A program made the position numbers and the translations under genes. The notes under the pieces are model-generated. The model was not told where the DNA came from, made no database searches, and saw nothing but the letters and a program-made list of their open reading frames with translations. 64,000 nucleotides of DNA, from the IMG/VR virus record IMGVR_UViG_3300025018_000093; one strand, written 5' to 3'. Positions 18,681 to 28,186 of the stretch are shown piece by piece; the stretch's first letter is position 1, and each line of letters begins with the position of its first letter. This DNA comes from a virus. Its lineage: Duplodnaviria > Caudoviricetes.

Positions 18681-19046
18681 ATGGCATCGCGTCAGCAGCA
18701 GCAACAACTTTTGTCACTAGTGACTCAGATTCTTCAAGATAGCGCGGAGGATGGCAGGAAGGAGGAAATGGTCTTTGGGAAAGCTCTGGAAGACCTTATC
18801 CTCACAGCTAGTGCGGAGGCTGTCACGGCGAGTCGCTTTTTGGACCTGCTCATTACAGCTCTGAGCCGAGACGATTCGCACTCTCTGGATAACGCGGTGA
18901 AAGCTCTCAAGGGGTCCTTGCTTGCGTTATCCCGCGTGGCGGAGAACGTGGGGCGCTTCTACGGGAACCCGAACCAACGTCTTCGTGTTCGTGCGGCCTC
19001 TGCGGAGAGAGTCGCGCAGAGGTACCTGGAAGGGAAAGACGAGTGA
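18681..19046 (+). CDS. Hypothetical helical protein ending in an RVAQRYL motif
   Basis: ATG after GGAG. 121 aa. Confidence 0.7.
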   Translation: MASRQQQQQLLSLVTQILQDSAEDGRKEEMVFGKALEDLILTASAEAVTASRFLDLLITALSRDDSHSLDNAVKALKGSLLALSRVAENVGRFYGNPNQRLRVRAASAERVAQRYLEGKDE

Positions 19047-19129
19047 GGACTCCAGGGTTTTGGTATACCTTTGATTGTTTTGCTTAGGTAGGGGGCAGGT
19101 TGCCTGAGAATGTATGACTGAGGTTTCCC

Positions 19130-19621
19130 ATGACAGCCAATGGTTTTGACTTATCTCAATGTGTGCTTCACCATGAACGCATTGTTGAGTTGCGAAAGGA
19201 CGTCCAGGAGCTACAACAACATCTTTCCTGCAAGGCTCTGGGGGAGGATGTTCGTGGGATCAACCAACGTCTTGACAAGTTTGCCTCTGGGATGCTGGAA
19301 AAGATGAAGGGGGACACACAACTTGCGGCACGTGTGGACCACCACCATGAGTTGCTGTTGTTCCTGGATGAGGTTCTCATCCGAGGGACCTCCAATAGCT
19401 CTTCCATAAAGGCTGTTGTGGAGAACCTTCGTCAGGAGGTTGGTCAGCTTTCGGATTTCTACCGGCAACTGGATAGTTTCGTTTCCGACTTGAAGCGGGA
19501 GAGAGTAGCCATAGACGTGGCTCGGATACATGCTACGTCGTCCAATTGGAAAACGATTGCGATTCTTCTGGGGACCTTTCTCACAGCGCTTGCCAGTCTT
19601 TTTGTCGCTCTTCTTACATGA
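19130..19621 (+). CDS. Coiled-coil protein with a single C-terminal transmembrane helix
   Basis: Helical heptad-like body, then the hydrophobic tail WKTIAILLGTFLTALASLFVALLT. Confidence 0.7.
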   Translation: MTANGFDLSQCVLHHERIVELRKDVQELQQHLSCKALGEDVRGINQRLDKFASGMLEKMKGDTQLAARVDHHHELLLFLDEVLIRGTSNSSSIKAVVENLRQEVGQLSDFYRQLDSFVSDLKRERVAIDVARIHATSSNWKTIAILLGTFLTALASLFVALLT

Positions 19622-19628
19622 GGACAAC

Positions 19629-19865
19629 ATGCTTGATCAAAGTCCTTTGCAGACCTTGATGACCTTAGTTGAGGCCGTCATCTCCGATGGGAAGCGGGTG
19701 ATGAGTTACACCGAGCTTCAAAACCGGCTCACGGCTCTGGGGATGGAGATTGAGGAGGGGAAGAGTCCGGAGGAAGCCTACAAACAAGCAGAGCTTCACT
19801 TCAAACGGTCGCAATCCCCCTCTCCGGAAGCCACACTGGTTCCTGTAGGGGAAAAAGCGAAGTAG
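19629..19865 (+). CDS. Hypothetical protein (78 aa)
   Basis: ATG after GAGGA. Confidence 0.6.
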   Translation: MLDQSPLQTLMTLVEAVISDGKRVMSYTELQNRLTALGMEIEEGKSPEEAYKQAELHFKRSQSPSPEATLVPVGEKAK

Positions 19866-19982
19866 CTGGGCAACTACCTATCTGTCTTTGGTAGAACATA
19901 GCTGGACAGGTCTCCTGGGAGGCGTCACGCTTTCTGGGAGGCTTTCACGCCTCCAGAGAGGCTACAGAAAAGGGTCACCAGT

Positions 19983-20324
19983 ATGACAGAGGAAAGCAGC
20001 AAGGTGGTTGGGCAGGTTGATGCGGCGGAGATGCAGTCTATCAACTCTCTGCAGACACGAGAGCAGGAGTTGACGTATCGTGTCGGTCAATTGTTCCGGG
20101 AAGCTCTCTCCGTTGCCATGCAGGCGGGTGAGGCTCATCATGGATTGCAGCGAGTGATGCAGGGGCTTCGCCAGCGCATGAGCATTCCCGACGACAGTCT
20201 GTTCCGCATTTCCTATGACGGAAACATTCATCTTGTGGCGCCTCCAGCCCCCGAGGGTGGTGCTACACCGGAAGCGGAGGCACCCATCGTGAAGACGAAG
20301 GAAGACGCCTCAGAAGAGGAATGA
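19983..20324 (+). CDS. Hypothetical protein (113 aa)
   Basis: Helical ORF, immediately followed by the next gene. Confidence 0.65.
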   Translation: MTEESSKVVGQVDAAEMQSINSLQTREQELTYRVGQLFREALSVAMQAGEAHHGLQRVMQGLRQRMSIPDDSLFRISYDGNIHLVAPPAPEGGATPEAEAPIVKTKEDASEEE

Positions 20325-21929
20325 GTGACTATCGGTTGGGACCCACAGTCTTTTCCTGCCGGGGACTTCCCCATGCCTCCCTTCAACGGGGAAGTGGTGA
20401 GTCCTCTTTTCCAGGGCACGTTAGACATTCGCTGGGACAACCCAGCCATCCTGTCTGCAAACACCCCATGGCAGGTTGTGGGGGTCAACCTCTATCGCTC
20501 CGATGTGGGGGAGCGGGGTCCCTATCACCGGATCAACGAGTACCCCTTGGGGGGTTCGTTTTACCGGGACTTCACGGATAACCTCCTGGTGAGTCAGGAG
20601 GTTATCCGCTGGGGCCAAGATTGGATCTATCAGGGGAATGGGCCGAACCATCGGCACTATCGATTTCGTACGCAGTGCCCCATCGTGAAGTCTGGAAACC
20701 GAGTCTTACCGCTCCCCACTGGGGTAGATCCTGTTTCCAACTCCGGGGTAGGGTGTCCAACCTTCGTCCCTGGGGCGGTCACTTCTGCGATGAGTGGTCC
20801 TTTTCCTTTCGTCTACGCAAATGCTCCAGAAGACGTGGTCGTGTCCATAGATGGGCAGGTTGTCCCCGTGGATTCCGTGTTTGGGTTAGCGGGAGAGGTG
20901 ACGCTGATTGACCAGCCTTACTTCGATTCGGTGGCGCAGAGTCTCATCCCACCTGTGCTGCCATCTGCAGACTCCCAGGTCTGGGTCACGTACAGGACGA
21001 ATCGTAACGTTGTCCGATACGAGCTAGACCGCAAGATTTTCTACAGGTTGACGACAGTCGCGGTGGCCAATGACCCGGAGGTCCCCGGTGGCCTGGTTGA
21101 GACCCCTCTCAAGTACGCCCAACCACTCACGCCGATCAAAGTAGAGTCCTTGGATTGGGTGTGGCGGGAAGCCGTGCGGAGGAACAATTGGGTCCTGGAG
21201 CAGGGTGGAGAGAGAGTCAAGGCGTTCGTTCGCAAGACGGCTGGAGTTCCCTGCCACTGCATCTGGGATGCACGGAAGAGATCCTATACAGGGCAGCCCC
21301 GGAACAGGTGTTTGACCTGCTACGGGAGTGGATTTGAGGGTGGTTACGAGGGTCCTTATGAGATCATCATTGCTCCAGATGATGCAGAGAGACGGATTTC
21401 TCAGACACTGCGTGGACGTAACCTCGACCACACCTATGAGGTATGGACAGGACCCACACCGCTATTGACGATGCGAGACTTCGTGGTCAAGCAAACCAAT
21501 GAGCGCTACAGCATTGGCCCTGTCCGAAAACCCTCCAGTCGTGGGAACATCCTGCAACAGCATTTCAACATCAAGTATCTTGACGAGGGGGACATTCGCT
21601 ATCGTGTTCCCGTGGACAATCTCTCGGGGATGCCTTGGCCGGGGAGTCGCACCACAGTGGATCCCGGAGAGGAGAAGCTGGTCTACCCCGTGGCCGAGTA
21701 TGGACCCATGCACCAGCTCACACCCAGTGAGCATAGTCCGCAGGAGTACCCTGTCGAGCCCGATCCCCACCAGGCCACTCCAATGGCCACGGAGAAGGAT
21801 AACATCGGTGATTCCAGGGAGCATCGCGGTCGCACGAAAACTTGGGAGAATCAGAACTATCTTTGGTGGTTGGCTCCCTTTGTGCTGGGGTTACTCCGTT
21901 GGGTGGAGGTGATGTCCAATGGAATCTAA
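20325..21929 (+). CDS. Putative head-closure/neck protein with a Cys4 zinc motif
   Basis: FN3-like N-terminus (LDIRWDNP...GVNLYRS) and PCHC...RCLTCYGSG motif. The call is mainly positional. Confidence 0.5.
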   Translation: MTIGWDPQSFPAGDFPMPPFNGEVVSPLFQGTLDIRWDNPAILSANTPWQVVGVNLYRSDVGERGPYHRINEYPLGGSFYRDFTDNLLVSQEVIRWGQDWIYQGNGPNHRHYRFRTQCPIVKSGNRVLPLPTGVDPVSNSGVGCPTFVPGAVTSAMSGPFPFVYANAPEDVVVSIDGQVVPVDSVFGLAGEVTLIDQPYFDSVAQSLIPPVLPSADSQVWVTYRTNRNVVRYELDRKIFYRLTTVAVANDPEVPGGLVETPLKYAQPLTPIKVESLDWVWREAVRRNNWVLEQGGERVKAFVRKTAGVPCHCIWDARKRSYTGQPRNRCLTCYGSGFEGGYEGPYEIIIAPDDAERRISQTLRGRNLDHTYEVWTGPTPLLTMRDFVVKQTNERYSIGPVRKPSSRGNILQQHFNIKYLDEGDIRYRVPVDNLSGMPWPGSRTTVDPGEEKLVYPVAEYGPMHQLTPSEHSPQEYPVEPDPHQATPMATEKDNIGDSREHRGRTKTWENQNYLWWLAPFVLGLLRWVEVMSNGI

Positions 21930-22368
21930 GACCGCCATCAAACGAATGCAGGCGCCTGCTTTCCGAAGAAAGGGGAGACAGTATGTCATCCACGAGATAG
22001 CGGGGGTTCCGAAGGATAAGTGGGATGAGATGCCCTTCCCTCAGAAGATCCAGTCCGTTCAGGATTACTACATCACGTTGACGAAGCGGCCCAAGCTCAC
22101 AAACGTGCTACGCAAGCACATGAATGCGATGAAGCGATGGTTCAATATCCAGAAGCGTAAGCACAAGCCCTGGCGCTCTCGCATCCAGAACTTCTTCGAC
22201 CATCGTGTCAAGCGCATTCGGGACAAGAAGGTTCTTCGAGACAAGAAGATGACTCGTGATGGAGGATTTGCTCACCAGGACGTGGCTATGTATCGTGCTC
22301 TGGTGCGGTTGGCCTATCAAAAACCGGAGCTACGGGGTAAGCTACTTCCCTTGATCCTGGGGGACTAA
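21919..22368 (+). CDS. Basic hypothetical protein with C-terminal VRLAYQ motif
   Basis: Ends ALVRLAYQKPELRGKLLPLILGD. Very Lys/Arg-rich. Confidence 0.7.
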   Translation: MESKTAIKRMQAPAFRRKGRQYVIHEIAGVPKDKWDEMPFPQKIQSVQDYYITLTKRPKLTNVLRKHMNAMKRWFNIQKRKHKPWRSRIQNFFDHRVKRIRDKKVLRDKKMTRDGGFAHQDVAMYRALVRLAYQKPELRGKLLPLILGD

Positions 22369-22904
22369 TGGCAACGCTTCGGCCTTTCAAGCAAGTTTAC
22401 GGAAAGCCCTGGTCAAAGCTAGCGCAGGGCTTGGAACTCACTCCTGATATCCTCCTCCGTGTGGGCACTGTCATCGCAGAGGAGATTGGGAAGGAAGCTC
22501 GAAAGGATTACCTGAGAACGGGTCGCACTCCGAGGGGGGAGCCCATGGGCTTGCCCAACACCCCTCGGTTCTTCGATTCCTTCTCTGCGGAAGTCATTGG
22601 TGAAAGCACCATTGGTATTCGCACAACATGGCCTTGGGCAGAGCGTCATATTGAAGGACGGGATTCGTTCAAGATGTGGTGGCTCACGCAATCCCGTGGG
22701 GTCTACAAAGTTCCTATCGTGCAGCCAGACGGAAGCATTCTTCTTGTGGCAACCCCTCCGACGCTAGCAGAAGCGTGGGTACACCCTGGAGCCCTCAAGT
22801 TCAACTTTGTCTCCAGAGGGATCAAGAAAGGTCGCCCTTTGGCAGCCAAGATTCTCCTCGCGGAGCTGATGCGACAGCTGGCGAGCGGGGATCCTACGAA
22901 ATGA
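22368..22904 (+). CDS. Putative tail-completion/neck protein (HK97 gp10-like position)
   Basis: TAATG coupling, 178 aa. The function is positional inference only. Confidence 0.4.
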   Translation: MATLRPFKQVYGKPWSKLAQGLELTPDILLRVGTVIAEEIGKEARKDYLRTGRTPRGEPMGLPNTPRFFDSFSAEVIGESTIGIRTTWPWAERHIEGRDSFKMWWLTQSRGVYKVPIVQPDGSILLVATPPTLAEAWVHPGALKFNFVSRGIKKGRPLAAKILLAELMRQLASGDPTK

Positions 22905-23860
22905 TTGCAGCGCGGGTACTGTGTTTGTGTAGGCAAATGTGCCTTCCTGAGTTAGACTTGTCCTTGCGCCAGGGGGAGTTCGGGTGGGTCCCGGAAGAGG
23001 AAGCTCGCGCATCGGATGAGTTGAAGTGGTACGCACGCCGAGGTGCTCTCAAGGTAGAGTACCTGGAGAGGATTGTGGAAATGAGTGGATACCCTACGTG
23101 GCCCCGAGGAAACAAAGTGCTCCCACAGAGAGGACCGAACGCAGCCTCCTACCCCACAAACTCTGGGGAGGACGGTACGATGGTTGCGGAAATGCATCAG
23201 ACACTGCTGCATGAACTTCGTGTCCTCAACATGGCGCAAGCACAAGCACAAGCACAGTCACAAGCCGCTCTTCTGGCGGAGGTTCAGGCTCTTCGCATGG
23301 CGCAAGAGCGCTTGGCCTCCCGCCCCCTCCAGGTTACAGTGCCCGCACAGACCCCTGGGGAGGACACCGGGGAGGTAAAGCTCTTGCGAGGAATCCTGAG
23401 AGAGTTGGTTCCATTGCGGCAGGCTTGTGAGCAGGCGGTACATGTTATCAAGGGGTCTGCGTCTATCACAGACTCTGCCGTGCCTGTGAGCACCCACACC
23501 CAGCTACTGGAAGAGATCCAGGGTCTTCGACAGGTCTGTGAGATGTTGGCCACCGCCATACAGACCTTGTCGGCGCAGCAGAAAACACTGCCGGCTTCCA
23601 TGTTGGGGGCCGTGCAGGCTTTTGCCCTGTCGCGCCCCGTATCCGGGGACTTCGCAACGCGCCCCGTATCTGGGGATTCCCGTAAGAAGGACGTTGATGG
23701 GTGGAGTGCTGCGGACGACAACCCTGTGTTCATCCCCTCGGGTTTGGTGGATACCACGCAGGCTGTTTCGGTAGAGTCTGCACAGGATAGTGAGTCGGGG
23801 GACGTGGAAAACTCGGTTGCCCGGCTCCGAGCCTTGAAGTCGGGTAGCTCGCAAAGATGA
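22901..23860 (+). CDS. Hypothetical protein with coiled-coil and low-complexity segments
   Basis: ATGA overlap at 22901. AQ repeats and a duplicated RPVSGD. Directly upstream of the actin-like gene. Confidence 0.7.
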   Translation: MIAARVLCLCRQMCLPELDLSLRQGEFGWVPEEEARASDELKWYARRGALKVEYLERIVEMSGYPTWPRGNKVLPQRGPNAASYPTNSGEDGTMVAEMHQTLLHELRVLNMAQAQAQAQSQAALLAEVQALRMAQERLASRPLQVTVPAQTPGEDTGEVKLLRGILRELVPLRQACEQAVHVIKGSASITDSAVPVSTHTQLLEEIQGLRQVCEMLATAIQTLSAQQKTLPASMLGAVQAFALSRPVSGDFATRPVSGDSRKKDVDGWSAADDNPVFIPSGLVDTTQAVSVESAQDSESGDVENSVARLRALKSGSSQR

Positions 23861-23873
23861 GGAGCAGTAGTAG

Positions 23874-25991
23874 ATGACAACGAAGCCAGAGAAGGCTCCC
23901 AGCCTGGGAGTAGGACTTGACATTGGAACAATGAACATCGTTTCCGCACGACGTACCCCACAGGGTGTGCGGACGCAGAGCATCCGAGATGCGTTCCTCG
24001 ACCTCGACCCGGATGCTCGTCGCATGTTGAAGATGAGCCAGGTCAAGTTCATTGAGCGAGATGATGATGTTCTGGTGTTGGGGGATGATGCCCTCCAGAT
24101 GGCAGCGATGTTCGACAAGGAAGCGCGCCGCCCCTTGTCAGCAGGGCTCATCTCATCATCCGAGGTGGACTCTCTGGAGATTCTGGGGATCTTGATTCGC
24201 AGTGTGCTGGGAGAACCGCAAGAGAAGGAAGAGGTGTGCTACTTCTCCGTGCCGGCTGCCCCCGTCGACATCCAGCGGGATGTCATCTATCACCGCAAAG
24301 CTTTCGAGCGCATTGTAGAGGAGTGTGGCTATCAGGCATACCCCTCCAACGAAGCAATGGCGATTGTCTACGCGGAAGCTGCCAAGGATGGCTTCAGCGG
24401 GGTTGGAATTTCTTACGGTTGTCTGACACCAGACTCCACAGTGATTTCCAGAGAGGGCTTGAAGCCCATTGCGGGGGTACAAGAGGGAGAAGAGGTGCTC
24501 TCTAAGGATGGGGCTTTTCACCGAGTTCTTAAAACATGGGTGCGAGATTACCAGGGACCCGTGTATGACATTTCTTTCTACGGAAATCCGCAGGGAGTGT
24601 CTTTGACAGGGAATCACCAGGTCTGGGTGCAAACGGAAAAGGGATGGTCTTGGATGACTGCAGACCGCTTGCAGCGGGGGGACATCATAGGAGAGCCTGT
24701 GGTCGCTGGTCACGGTCGTCGGGTATGCTTAGCTATTCAAGACAAAGATCGTAACTCTAAGGCAAAGAAGAAAGTTCTGGAATGGTCCTCTTCGCTGGGG
24801 AGGTTCCTGGGGTACTTCTTAGCGGATGGGCATCTCTCTAGGAGTGATGTGAATCGAAAAGGTCGTTACAGTATCTGGGTTGACTTTGGTCCCTCAGAGC
24901 AAGCGTATGTGGAGGACTTGAAGGGATTGGTAGAACGTTTGTTCCAGCGTTCTGTTTCTGTTTCTCCGCATGGCAATGATTTTCGTTGTCAGTTTAGTCA
25001 CAGTGGTCTACATACGTGGCTGTCTGCGAATTGCTATCGTGAGGGTGCGAAGTTCTTTCCGCTTCACATTGAGGACTTGAAGCCTAACGTGGTCGAGGGC
25101 CTTATCGTAGGTCTTGTTCGAGGAGATGGACGGGCTTCTAATTCCGAAGTGCATTTTGGCAATTCCAGTCTTTCCTTGGTGACTGCGTTTCATCTTTTGA
25201 TTGGTAGGTTGGGTCTTACAAGTACTCTTTCCAGGAGAAATCCAAGGGGAGCTGCGCTTGCGGACGGGCGTGTCATTCAAGGAAAAAAGGAAGAATGGAC
25301 TGCGCATGTTACAGGGTGGGATGGCTCCTATCTTCAACAACTTGTGAATGCTGGAAGTCCAGAAAGAAGAGTTCGTGTCTGGAAAGAGGGTGGGTTTCGT
25401 TGTACCTGCGTCCGTGATGTCTCCGTGAGAGATTATGCGGGGCCGGTGCATGATCTCACTGTGGAAGATGAGCATTCTTTTGTGACTCCTTACATGACGC
25501 TTCACAATTCGGGGATGACGAATGTGGCGCTGTCTGTCAAAGCGATGCCTGTCTTGGAGTTCAGCGTCAGTCGCGGGGGTGATTGGATCGATAAAGGTGC
25601 CTCCCAGAGTGTAGGGACGACGCAGTCTCGCATGTGCACGATCAAGGAGAAGGGTGTGGACTTGATGGACCACACGAAGGGAGATCCCAAGCAACTGCGA
25701 GAGCGGGAGGCTCTTTCCTTCTACTATCAGGACTTGATTGACTACTCTTTGCGGAAGATCGCAGAGCAGTTTCTGTCCAACTGTCGGGTGGAGTTGCAAG
25801 AGCCCATCCCGATCATTGTCAGTGGTGGGACAAGCCTAGCCGGTGGATTCCTGGAGCTTTTCCAGAAGGTGTTCAAGAAGCATCAGCGTCGGTTCCCTAT
25901 TGAGATCAGTGAGATTCGACAGGCAAAAGACCCGCTTAGTGCGGTCTCGCACGGGCTTCTCGTACAGGCCATGCAGGAGTATGAGGGTTGA
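23874..25991 (+). CDS. Actin-fold (MreB/FtsA/ParM superfamily) ATPase precursor containing an intein
   Basis: Phosphate-1 GLDIGTMN, connect-1 NEAMAIV, phosphate-2 GISYG|SGMTNV split by the intein, adenosine IIVSGGTS, connect-2 DPLSAVSHG. Confidence 0.85.
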   Translation: MTTKPEKAPSLGVGLDIGTMNIVSARRTPQGVRTQSIRDAFLDLDPDARRMLKMSQVKFIERDDDVLVLGDDALQMAAMFDKEARRPLSAGLISSSEVDSLEILGILIRSVLGEPQEKEEVCYFSVPAAPVDIQRDVIYHRKAFERIVEECGYQAYPSNEAMAIVYAEAAKDGFSGVGISYGCLTPDSTVISREGLKPIAGVQEGEEVLSKDGAFHRVLKTWVRDYQGPVYDISFYGNPQGVSLTGNHQVWVQTEKGWSWMTADRLQRGDIIGEPVVAGHGRRVCLAIQDKDRNSKAKKKVLEWSSSLGRFLGYFLADGHLSRSDVNRKGRYSIWVDFGPSEQAYVEDLKGLVERLFQRSVSVSPHGNDFRCQFSHSGLHTWLSANCYREGAKFFPLHIEDLKPNVVEGLIVGLVRGDGRASNSEVHFGNSSLSLVTAFHLLIGRLGLTSTLSRRNPRGAALADGRVIQGKKEEWTAHVTGWDGSYLQQLVNAGSPERRVRVWKEGGFRCTCVRDVSVRDYAGPVHDLTVEDEHSFVTPYMTLHNSGMTNVALSVKAMPVLEFSVSRGGDWIDKGASQSVGTTQSRMCTIKEKGVDLMDHTKGDPKQLREREALSFYYQDLIDYSLRKIAEQFLSNCRVELQEPIPIIVSGGTSLAGGFLELFQKVFKKHQRRFPIEISEIRQAKDPLSAVSHGLLVQAMQEYEG
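24420..25508 (+). mobile_element. Contiguous intein (363 aa) with LAGLIDADG homing endonuclease
   Basis: Starts CLTPDSTV; block B LTGNHQVW; EN motifs FLGYFLADGH and LIVGLVRGDGR; ends VHDLTVEDEHSFVTPYMTLHN|S. Confidence 0.95.
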
Positions 25992-26279
25992 AGTCGCACC
26001 GTGTTCCCAAACGCAACCCGAAGTTTGCCTCTTGGCTTCCAGGGAGGGGTGGGCGCGGAAGCGCTAGCCTGCTTTGTGTCGAGGTCGAGGTTGAGGCGAA
26101 GCATCCCAAAGATCCTTGCTTCTTCGAGGTTGCGGTGGGAAGTCATGCTTCTGCTATGGACCCCACGGTGCTGGTTGCCAAACCGTTTGTCGTTGTCGAC
26201 CAGCGCAGGTTTGGCGGAACGGTAGAATAGACGGGTTATAGCTGCTTCCAGTAGGAGCTTTGACTGCTGGAGGCCGCGT

Positions 26280-27497
26280 GTGTATTTCTTCCTGACCAGT
26301 GCCCTAACGGACTTGTTCATTGAGCGTATCCGGGAGTTCTGGGGGCATCACCCCAGATACCGTGATCTTGTGGACAACATCCAGGGGAAGTACGTCTTTC
26401 CGCAGCGCCCCCAGCGTGGGATGGTGATCAAGACCTCCGGGGGAAGCAATGTTCGTCTGACTTGGGACAACTTTCAGGGGACGCTGCACAGTTACGTTTA
26501 CAAGGCCAGAGTCGGAGACTATCCCGGAGTTTCCTTGGAGTGGGTCCGAGAGGATACTAGGGCTATCCAGGACAACAATGGGACCTTTCCCTCAGCACCT
26601 GGAGTGTACCTTCTGACCATTGTGGACTCTGTGCTGGACGTCGACGGAGTTCCTAAGGGGCAGCACACGTTCCAGGTGGACTCTGTGCTGGACGTCCGGG
26701 ACGAGGCCGTGTCGATGGTGAACCCCTCCACGGGTTTGCTACATCGCCCTTACTTACCCGGGACACTCCATTTGTTTGAACTCCCTTCCAACTACGAGTT
26801 GGTGGAGGGCGTCAATTTCGAGGGAGATCCGGAGACGGGGCAGATCACACTTTATGATCCCCTCCCCACGGGTTTGTACCTGTCTGCGGACTATCGCTAT
26901 GCTGGGGAGACGCAGGGACCCTTCAGCATTGAATCGGATCGGGCGCATTATCAGGCGATCCCTGGTGTCATTCTGGCTTTCGGTCGTCGCATCACCCCTG
27001 GAGATCGTCTTGCCATCGTGGTCACCGACATACGGGAACCTGTCGCCAAGGAGTACGGGGGGCGCTGGGATCTTTCGGTGGAGCTGGAGCTGTGGACCCG
27101 AGATGTGGATGACCAGCGAGAGATCACAGACTTGATGCTGGCCTGGCTACCTTCTGTTCTTCGAGATCAGTTGGCGATACAGGGCGTGTGGATCAACAGT
27201 GTGGACTTCGGGGGAGAGACCGAGGAGCCCTATGATGACAACGCGGATGACTACTTCTACGGGGCTACCATCTCGATGCAGGTACAGACGGACTGGCAAA
27301 TGCACGTTCCGCTTCCCATCCGGATTAGGAGAGTCTTCCCTCTGCGCGTAGATCAGCTGGGTGAACTGGCGGGTCTTTCGGATGAGGAAGTGGCTAAGGT
27401 GGAAAACAATTTGAAGGCCACAACAGCGCTTCACTTGCAAAGTTTCGAGGATCCCTTCTTTGTGGATCTGGCTAAGCGGTACGAAGTTCTCCGGTGA
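26280..27497 (+). CDS. Putative tail terminator/completion protein
   Basis: 405 aa, GTG start, upstream of the sheath gene. Contains a 21-bp internal direct repeat (26622-26642 and 26676-26696). Function is positional inference. Confidence 0.5.
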   Translation: MYFFLTSALTDLFIERIREFWGHHPRYRDLVDNIQGKYVFPQRPQRGMVIKTSGGSNVRLTWDNFQGTLHSYVYKARVGDYPGVSLEWVREDTRAIQDNNGTFPSAPGVYLLTIVDSVLDVDGVPKGQHTFQVDSVLDVRDEAVSMVNPSTGLLHRPYLPGTLHLFELPSNYELVEGVNFEGDPETGQITLYDPLPTGLYLSADYRYAGETQGPFSIESDRAHYQAIPGVILAFGRRITPGDRLAIVVTDIREPVAKEYGGRWDLSVELELWTRDVDDQREITDLMLAWLPSVLRDQLAIQGVWINSVDFGGETEEPYDDNADDYFYGATISMQVQTDWQMHVPLPIRIRRVFPLRVDQLGELAGLSDEEVAKVENNLKATTALHLQSFEDPFFVDLAKRYEVLR

Positions 27498-27536
27498 GCC
27501 TTCTATAAGCATCCTTGTAGATAGGAGGGCAGACCG

Positions 27537-28019
27537 ATTCCCATCTTCGACTACCAGTGTGATGATTGTGGACTTCGTTTTGAGAGACCCGGACGCATGG
27601 ATCGGGCGATGAAAGGACACGAATGCCCTTCCTGCGGGAAGGAAGCTGCACGTGTTCCGCCCAGCTCGCTGGGTTACACGTTCAACCCCAATTCAACCGC
27701 CGATGGTCCGGTTCCCCAGAACACAGGTGTTTCGGCCTACGACTACAACGTGGACCGTATTGTGGGGGCCGATGCGGCAGAGCGCTGGGGCACTGTGGAG
27801 CAGCGGGACTCGGTCAAGAGAGAAGTTCTTCGCGATGCCCCAGGGGCAACAAAGAAGGATCTCTCTGCCCTACCCGATGGTAGCTACCGGGTGATGGCGA
27901 CTGAGGAGAAGAAGACGACGCGCAACACTCGCGCCTTCCACAACCTTGCAGCCGGATTGACACAAAGCAAAGATCGATATCGTGTGCTCCGGCAGACCAG
28001 TGAGAAGGGGAGCCAGTAG
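27537..28019 (+). CDS. FmdB-family zinc-ribbon protein with an apparent ATT start codon
   Basis: GGAGG, then ATT-CCC-ATC-TTC-GAC-TAC: (M)PIFDYQCDDCGLRFE...HECPSCG matches the MPIYEYxCxxC FmdB pattern. Confidence 0.75.
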   Translation: MPIFDYQCDDCGLRFERPGRMDRAMKGHECPSCGKEAARVPPSSLGYTFNPNSTADGPVPQNTGVSAYDYNVDRIVGADAAERWGTVEQRDSVKREVLRDAPGATKKDLSALPDGSYRVMATEEKKTTRNTRAFHNLAAGLTQSKDRYRVLRQTSEKGSQ

Positions 28020-28186
28020 GCTCCACAACGGCTCTCGGTGCCGTTCAAATGAGATGCAGATGAAACACCCCGAGCTTTCGAGAAACTGCCAATAGGCAGA
28101 ACTAGATGAGTGGAGATGAGACGTTAGGCATTCCCCTCGGGGATGAGGTTACAAACACTTAGGCATCGAGAGACGGAGAGACAACA

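Noticed and set aside
25978-26279. Small ORFs between the actin-like gene and gene 26280
   Set aside because: Several short overlapping frames, none with a convincing SD or protein-like features.
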